The position numbers and the translations under genes are program-made. From Candidatus Latescibacterota bacterium (GTDB lineage: Bacteria; Latescibacterota; UBA2968), in contig JAYODI010000008.1 in the NCBI GenBank assembly GCA_038279365.1, positions 32,001 through 96,000 of the forward strand: DNA of 64,000 bases, in the 5' to 3' direction. This document shows positions 58,463 through 64,000 of this stretch, piece by piece. The notes under the pieces were generated by a model. That model made no database searches. It saw nothing but the letters and a program-made list of their open reading frames with translations, and was not told where the DNA came from. Position 1 is the stretch's first letter. The number at the start of each line of letters is the position of its first letter.

Positions 58463-59752
58463 ATGGATACCATAGACAATCGCCCCCCAAAAAGCATTTT
58501 AATCGTCGATCAAGAGCGATTTTCCACGCTTATTGCCAAGATGTTATCAGGCAAATTTGCCACCCAAACGGCCACGAATGGAATAGATGCCATTCAATGG
58601 CTCAAAAAAAGTCGCCCAGATCTGCTCATTATTGAAGAAAGCATTCCGGGAGATGGCATTCGCTTTTGTGAAATAATGGGCATGAGCCCAAGCTTTTCAA
58701 AACTACCCATTATTCTCTTATCTGTCTCTCCATCTTCTGATGGCATTTTACGGGCACGTGCAGCAGGTGTAAACACCTATTTGGCCAAACCATTTCGACC
58801 CAGTGAATTGCAAAATAGAATTGATGCCATCTTCGAAGCCATCCCGCCATCCCAAGAAGCCCCTCAACAGCCAAACGAAATATCAGGTGAAAACAGAGCA
58901 GAAATGATCAAAGACCGGCTCAAGCAAATTGAAGGCTTGCCCCCCTTTCCTGCCACCCATGCCCAAATTTTAGAACTTGCAAACAGTGATATCTCATCAA
59001 GTGATGAAATTGCCGAACAGCTGCAAATGGACCCAAGCCTCTTGGCCACAGTTTTTAAGCTGGTCAATTCTCCAGCATATGGGTTTCCCAAAAAGGTCGA
59101 TTCCCTCAAATTGGCCGTTACCTTATTGGGCTTAGAAGAAATTGCAAACCTTGTTATGACGGCTCAAGTTTTCAAAAACTTAGGTGATTACAACGGTGGA
59201 TCAGGATTTGATCGGGCCGGTTTTTGGAAACATTCTGTTGGCACAGCCTTTATTACCAAAGCCATATCCAAAAAATTGCAAACCGAGGTTGAATCTGCTT
59301 TTTTGGCAGGCATGTTACACGACCTGGGCAAAGTGGTCTTAGATCGGTGTTTTACAGATTATTACAAAGCCGTGATTGACCTAAGTAAAGAAAAACAACT
59401 TTGGATTGGTGATGCCGAAAACAAACTCTTGAGCCTCACCCACGCCGAAGTGGGTGGACAACTGGCAACCGAGTGGAAATTTGCCGAGAAGTACTTATAC
59501 AGCATTTTATATCACCATGATCCCGAAGCCACAATCCGATATCAGCGCCTCACAAGCCTTGTTCATATTGCAGACCATTTGTGCCGAAAATTTGGCTATG
59601 GTTCGGGGGGAGACGAACAGGTGCCCGAACTTCACCTTGCCGTATTGGACCGTTTTGCTTTGGGCGAACGCGGGTTGGCCATTCTTGAAGAACTGGCCAA
59701 AAAAGAATTGGACAATGCCAGTTCGTTCCTATCGGCATTGTCATCCGGTTAA
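58463..59752 (+). CDS. Atypical receiver domain fused to an HDOD domain
   Basis: ILIVD...YLAKPF; LPPFP, DPSLLATVFKLVNS, FWKHS, AGMLHDLGK, THAEVG. Confidence 0.9.
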   Translation: MDTIDNRPPKSILIVDQERFSTLIAKMLSGKFATQTATNGIDAIQWLKKSRPDLLIIEESIPGDGIRFCEIMGMSPSFSKLPIILLSVSPSSDGILRARAAGVNTYLAKPFRPSELQNRIDAIFEAIPPSQEAPQQPNEISGENRAEMIKDRLKQIEGLPPFPATHAQILELANSDISSSDEIAEQLQMDPSLLATVFKLVNSPAYGFPKKVDSLKLAVTLLGLEEIANLVMTAQVFKNLGDYNGGSGFDRAGFWKHSVGTAFITKAISKKLQTEVESAFLAGMLHDLGKVVLDRCFTDYYKAVIDLSKEKQLWIGDAENKLLSLTHAEVGGQLATEWKFAEKYLYSILYHHDPEATIRYQRLTSLVHIADHLCRKFGYGSGGDEQVPELHLAVLDRFALGERGLAILEELAKKELDNASSFLSALSSG

Positions 59753-59780
59753 ATGATCGCGATCACCCAATCATTGGCAC

Positions 59781-59812
59781 AAAAACCTCGGTGTTTTCCG
59801 AGGTTTTTTTTT
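59781..59812 (+). terminator. Intrinsic terminator
   Basis: AAAAACCTCGG-TGTTTT-CCGAGG followed by a long T-run. Confidence 0.85.
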
Positions 59813-59967
59813 AACATTGAGATGCCCTCATGCCTGTACAAAAACCTTGCCAACCTGCATGTTGACCACGCCCCCCTTATAACCACTTGTTTTTCATTTG
59901 GTCAGAGCAAGAAGTCACTCTATATTTCATATGGTCATAGCTTCACACAAAAAAAGGAGTCACTATC

Positions 59968-60960
59968 ATGTCTGCCCCACTACGCATTGTTCAAATTGGC
60001 TTGGGCCCCCTCGGTCAAATGTTAACCCCATTTATTTTAGAACGCAGTTCTCTAAAACTCACAGGTGCAGTCGATGTCAATCCCAACATAGTGGGCACCG
60101 ATTTGGGCACACACAACAATCAAAGCCCCATTGGCATCACCATTACAGACGACTTGAATACCGCCTTAAATGATGCCGATGTGGCCGTGGTGACCACCGT
60201 TTCAGAATTTGAACGCCTGGCCCCCTTACTCGAAAAAATTTGTGCCAAAGGGGTGCATGTGGTTTCAACCTGCGAAGAGCTTTCTTATCCGTGGAAAACA
60301 TTGCCCGAATTATCTCAAAAAATAGATACCCTCGCCAAAGAAAACAAAGTATCCATTCTCGGTACCGGCATCAACCCTGGTTTTTTGATGGATTTTTTAC
60401 CCACCGCCATCACAGGCGTGTGTCGCAAAGTAGATAGCCTGCACGTCTATCGCATTCAAGATGCCTCCTTTCGTCGGTTGCCCTTTCGCCAAAAAATTGG
60501 TGCCGGCCTAACCGTAGAAGAATTTAAACAACGCGTTGCAACCCAAAAAATTCGGCATGTAGGTCTCACCGAATCCATGCACATGATTGCATCGCGATTG
60601 GGGTGGTCTTTAGACCGCACAGAAGACATTGTAGAACCCATAATCACCGAAACAGAAGTGCGCGGAGATGGATGGCAAGTAGCCCCAGGATATGCAACAG
60701 GCGTTCATCAAATGGGCTATGGATATGTGGGTGACAAAAAAATCATCACCCTCGAATTTTGTGCCGCAGTTGGCCAAGCCAACCCACAAGAACGGGTTCA
60801 CGTTTACGGGTCACCCGAATTTGATCTCACCATACCCGGTGGCATCAATGGTGATACCGCAACCTGCTCGGTCATCACCAATGCCATACCGGTGGTTGCA
60901 AATGCAACACCAGGCTTACATACCATGGTAGACATTCCACCCATTTCATGCGTGCAATAA
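59968..60960 (+). CDS. 2,4-diaminopentanoate dehydrogenase (Ord)-like / DapB_N NAD(P)-dependent amine dehydrogenase
   Basis: IGLGPLG, VVSTCEEL, GTGINPGFLMD, HVGLTES, GDTAT. Confidence 0.8.
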   Translation: MSAPLRIVQIGLGPLGQMLTPFILERSSLKLTGAVDVNPNIVGTDLGTHNNQSPIGITITDDLNTALNDADVAVVTTVSEFERLAPLLEKICAKGVHVVSTCEELSYPWKTLPELSQKIDTLAKENKVSILGTGINPGFLMDFLPTAITGVCRKVDSLHVYRIQDASFRRLPFRQKIGAGLTVEEFKQRVATQKIRHVGLTESMHMIASRLGWSLDRTEDIVEPIITETEVRGDGWQVAPGYATGVHQMGYGYVGDKKIITLEFCAAVGQANPQERVHVYGSPEFDLTIPGGINGDTATCSVITNAIPVVANATPGLHTMVDIPPISCVQ

Positions 60961-61033
60961 GCGGCACCTTTACACACATAAATCGCCTTATTTGCATCAC
61001 CCATTGTGACTGCCACCCAAACCGACAAGGCCT

Positions 61034-63229
61034 ATGACACCCACAATTTCACAACAAGATATTGATCGCATTCTTTATGGTGATCATCACGATCCGTTTT
61101 CCATTTTGGGTATGCACACCGTGCGCACCACACAAGGTCAAGGCATCGCCATTCGGGCCTATCGCCCAGGTGCCGAAAAAATCGTTGTCTTATCTGCCCA
61201 CGCATCCCTTGAGTTGCAACAACATCAACAAACAGGCTTTTTTGAAGCCATTGTGCCCAATCAACAAACACATTTTTTGTACCAGCTTGAAATCACTTAT
61301 CCATTTAGTCACACGCTTACCACCCCCGATCCATACACCTTTCCCCCCATCTTAAGTGATTACGACCTTCATCTTTTTGGTGAAAGCAACCACCACCACA
61401 TCTTTGACAAGTTAGGTGCACACCCCATTACATTTCACGGCATTCAAGGTGTATCTTTTGCCGTGTGGGCACCCAATGCCAAACGCGTAAGTGTAATGGG
61501 CGACTTTAATCAATGGAATGGCAGTCAATATCCCATGCGCAATCGAGGCAACACAGGTGTATGGGAAATATTTATTCCTCACTTAGGGCCACACACGGTT
61601 TACAAATACGAAATCAAAACCCAATCCAACACCCTCATCACCAAAAGCGACCCTTACGCGTTTTATGCCGAACACCGCCCCAAAACGGCATCCATTGTTT
61701 ACGACCTCACCAACGAGGGTTGGACAGATGAGGCCTGGATCCAAAAACGCGACACCACACCCGCGCACAACCGCCCCATGTCCATTTATGAAGTCCATTT
61801 GGGTTCTTGGCGCAGAAATCCCCAGGAAGGCAACCGGTCACTCACCTATCGCGAGTTGGCCCACGAACTGGTAGATTATGTGCTCGAAATGGGTTATACC
61901 CACCTAGAACTCATGCCCATTATGGAACACCCACTTGATCAATCGTGGGGCTACCAAGTTACAGGGTATTTTGCCCCCACCAGCCGATTTGGCACACCCG
62001 ATGATTTTAAATACTTCGTTAACCACTGCCACAACAACGGCATAGGCGTCATTCTCGACTGGGTTCCCGCACATTACCCAAAAGATACGCATGGGTTGGC
62101 TTACTTTGACGGATCGGCCCTCTATGAACACGCCGATCCACGCCAAGGTGCACACCCCGACTGGGGCACCCTCATTTTTAATTATGGGCGCAACGAAGTA
62201 CGCAATTTTCTCATTGCCAACGCCATTTTTTGGGCTGAAAAATACCACATTGATGGCCTGCGGGTAGATGCGGTGGCCTCGATGCTCTACCTCGATTATT
62301 CTCGCGAAAATGGCGAATGGATTCCCAACAAATATGGGGGCAGAGAAAACCTCGAGGCCATCGAATTTATGAAACAAGTCAACCAAGTCATTTACAGCCG
62401 TTTTCCAGGCATTCTCATGATTGCCGAAGAATCCACGGCGTGGCCGGGTGTCTCTCGTCCTGTTTATTTGGGCGGATTGGGCTTTGGTTTTAAGTGGAAC
62501 ATGGGTTGGATGAACGACATGCTCTCATATATCGAAAAAGAGCCCATCCACCGTCGCTACCACCACGACAGCCTCACATTTGGTTTGGTCTATGCTTTTC
62601 ACGAAAATTTTATCTTGGTGCTTTCCCACGACGAAGTGGTGCACGGCAAACGTTCTCTTTTAGACAAAATGCCTGGAGACCGTTGGCAAAAATTTGCCAA
62701 TCTGCGTCTATTTTATACCTACATGTATGGCCATCCTGGCAAAAAATTGCTCTTTATGGGCAGTGAGTTTGGTCAATGGACAGAATGGAACGAAAACGAC
62801 AGTCTTCCGTGGCATTTGCTTGCAGAACCCGATCATGCGGGCCTCAAACACTTCGTGAAAGACCTGAACACCCTCTACAAAAATGAACCCGCACTCTTTG
62901 AGCACGACTTTGATCCCAAAGGATTCGAATGGCTCGACTTTGGAGACAGAGACAGCAGTGTCATCTCTTTCCAACGCCGAGCAGAAAACGGGTCCACCCT
63001 GCTCTTTATTTGCAATTTTACACCCGTACCCCGCGAAAATTACCGTATCGGCGTACCATTCCCAGGCCATTATCACGAAATATTGAACAGCGACTCCGAA
63101 CTCTATGGGGGCAGCAACAAAGGCAATATGGGGGGCATTACCGCAGAAAAGATCGCCAGTCACGGACACAACTACGCCATAAGCGTCACCATCCCGCCCC
63201 TTGCAGCAGTCGTCTTTAAAAAATCATAA
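61034..63229 (+). CDS. glgB: 1,4-alpha-glucan branching enzyme
   Basis: [50 protein letters not shown]. Confidence 0.97.
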   Translation: MTPTISQQDIDRILYGDHHDPFSILGMHTVRTTQGQGIAIRAYRPGAEKIVVLSAHASLELQQHQQTGFFEAIVPNQQTHFLYQLEITYPFSHTLTTPDPYTFPPILSDYDLHLFGESNHHHIFDKLGAHPITFHGIQGVSFAVWAPNAKRVSVMGDFNQWNGSQYPMRNRGNTGVWEIFIPHLGPHTVYKYEIKTQSNTLITKSDPYAFYAEHRPKTASIVYDLTNEGWTDEAWIQKRDTTPAHNRPMSIYEVHLGSWRRNPQEGNRSLTYRELAHELVDYVLEMGYTHLELMPIMEHPLDQSWGYQVTGYFAPTSRFGTPDDFKYFVNHCHNNGIGVILDWVPAHYPKDTHGLAYFDGSALYEHADPRQGAHPDWGTLIFNYGRNEVRNFLIANAIFWAEKYHIDGLRVDAVASMLYLDYSRENGEWIPNKYGGRENLEAIEFMKQVNQVIYSRFPGILMIAEESTAWPGVSRPVYLGGLGFGFKWNMGWMNDMLSYIEKEPIHRRYHHDSLTFGLVYAFHENFILVLSHDEVVHGKRSLLDKMPGDRWQKFANLRLFYTYMYGHPGKKLLFMGSEFGQWTEWNENDSLPWHLLAEPDHAGLKHFVKDLNTLYKNEPALFEHDFDPKGFEWLDFGDRDSSVISFQRRAENGSTLLFICNFTPVPRENYRIGVPFPGHYHEILNSDSELYGGSNKGNMGGITAEKIASHGHNYAISVTIPPLAAVVFKKS

Positions 63230-63579
63230 TGTTATTTATGTATCCCCATATCTTATTTTATTACATAGTGTTTTCAAAATTTGCTTCCAAAAACAAATTC
63301 TTATCAGTCGTTCATTTTTTATAAATCTTATTTTTTCAGTCCATGTTCAAAAATCAGTCTTGCCCAATTTAGCAAATATCCCAAATCAAATATGGGTGGC
63401 TTTTTGGGCCTTAAAAAGCGAGCAACATACCGCAATATTTACATGCCTCATCCCCGACCATCACCAAACAAGCATACCGAAGACATTTTTTCCGCTCCAG
63501 TATGAATTTTTTTCTGTAGATAAACTGCTGTTATTCCGATAAATAGTACAGGCCACTCCCAAATACCGGAAAAAAATAC

Positions 63580-63609
63580 TTGACACAACTTGGTATCACT
63601 CCGTATACT
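63580..63609 (+). promoter_or_regulatory. sigma70-type promoter
   Basis: TTGACA-18 nt-TATACT; GGGAGG SD downstream. Confidence 0.7.
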
Positions 63610-63664
63610 TTAGGCACGATAGCTAACGTAAAGTTTTTAGATGGACCACTCAGGGAGGCCTCCT

Positions 63665-64000
63665 ATGAGCGATACACCCAAACTCATTGGGATCGACGAA
63701 GTTGCAGAAGTGTTTGAAAAATCGGTTGAGTCTATCCGTAAGTACAAGAATTACGGCATCTTAAAGGTTGCAGACAAAGTTGGCAACAAAGACTTATTTG
63801 CCCTTGATGACGTGATTGCCAAAAAGCAATTGGTCAAAGATATGCAGGTCCGTCAGGGCCTCTCACTTTCACAAATTGCCGACCAACTCGAAAGTATGAC
63901 CGAGAAATTGCCTATTGGTCCAGACAAGATTCTCATTGTCGAAGACGAAGAAGCAACAAGAGAAACTTGGACGGAGTTCTTTGAAGGTTCGGGATATGGT
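63665..64000 (+). CDS. MerR-like HTH fused to a receiver domain (partial; runs off the window edge)
   Basis: Translated by hand: MSDTPKLIGIDEVAEVFEKSVESIRKYKNYGIL...GLSLSQIADQL...KILIVEDEE. Confidence 0.8.
   Translation, partial: MSDTPKLIGIDEVAEVFEKSVESIRKYKNYGILKVADKVGNKDLFALDDVIAKKQLVKDMQVRQGLSLSQIADQLESMTEKLPIGPDKILIVEDEEATRETWTEFFEGSGYG

Noticed and set aside
59775-59791. TGGCAC as a sigma54 -24 element
   Set aside because: There is no TTGC at -12; the sequence runs into a terminator stem.
63230-63570. AT-rich stretch with short ORFs (63201-63542, 63281-63505) as genes, an origin or a mobile-element scar
   Set aside because: No SD, DnaA-box cluster, terminal repeats or coding-like composition that I could see.
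1-64000. CRISPR arrays, tRNA/rRNA, IS elements, prophage, defence systems, stop-codon recoding
   Set aside because: No spaced direct repeats, cloverleafs, transposase/integrase motifs or interrupted conserved genes were seen by eye. Dedicated tools would be needed to exclude weak cases.

Overview
A gene-dense, mid-GC bacterial chromosomal window made of housekeeping and catabolic genes. I found no rRNA, tRNA, CRISPR array, integrase or transposase. The gene repertoire (tatA-gatA adjacency, sulfatase, heparinase II/III-like, PhyH, amidohydrolases, HpcH aldolases) suggests an FCB-group heterotroph such as Latescibacterota; that is inference only. Left to right: a partial ABC-F ATPase; sucA-sucB-lpdA (minus); ilvN-leuA-leuC-leuD; cimA-alaC-argJ-aspC-accA; a probable 6S RNA converging on comEC; ecfT-truA-htrA-pssA-DUF4321-tatA-gatA-gatB-methyltransferase-DUF2064; a sugar ABC importer plus MATE; about 22 kb of catabolic or accessory enzymes; a signalling cluster; an Ord-like dehydrogenase; glgB; and a partial MerR-REC regulator. 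The most promising signals are: (1) an amidohydrolase-fold + Rieske + Fe/2OG operon that looks like a dinuclear-metal oxygenase pathway; (2) a Leu/Ile-rich leader ORF with mutually exclusive hairpins ahead of ilvN-leuACD; (3) a sigma54-type -24/-12 site ahead of comEC, together with a sensor-less sigma54 activator beside an NtrC-type REC-AraC protein; (4) a uORF/terminator leader coupled to the ABC-F start; (5) an archaeal-type ATP-cone 2-phosphoglycerate-kinase-like gene; and (6) a SpeD-SpeE fusion with a shortened gatekeeping loop. All family calls come from motif recognition by eye; no searches were run.
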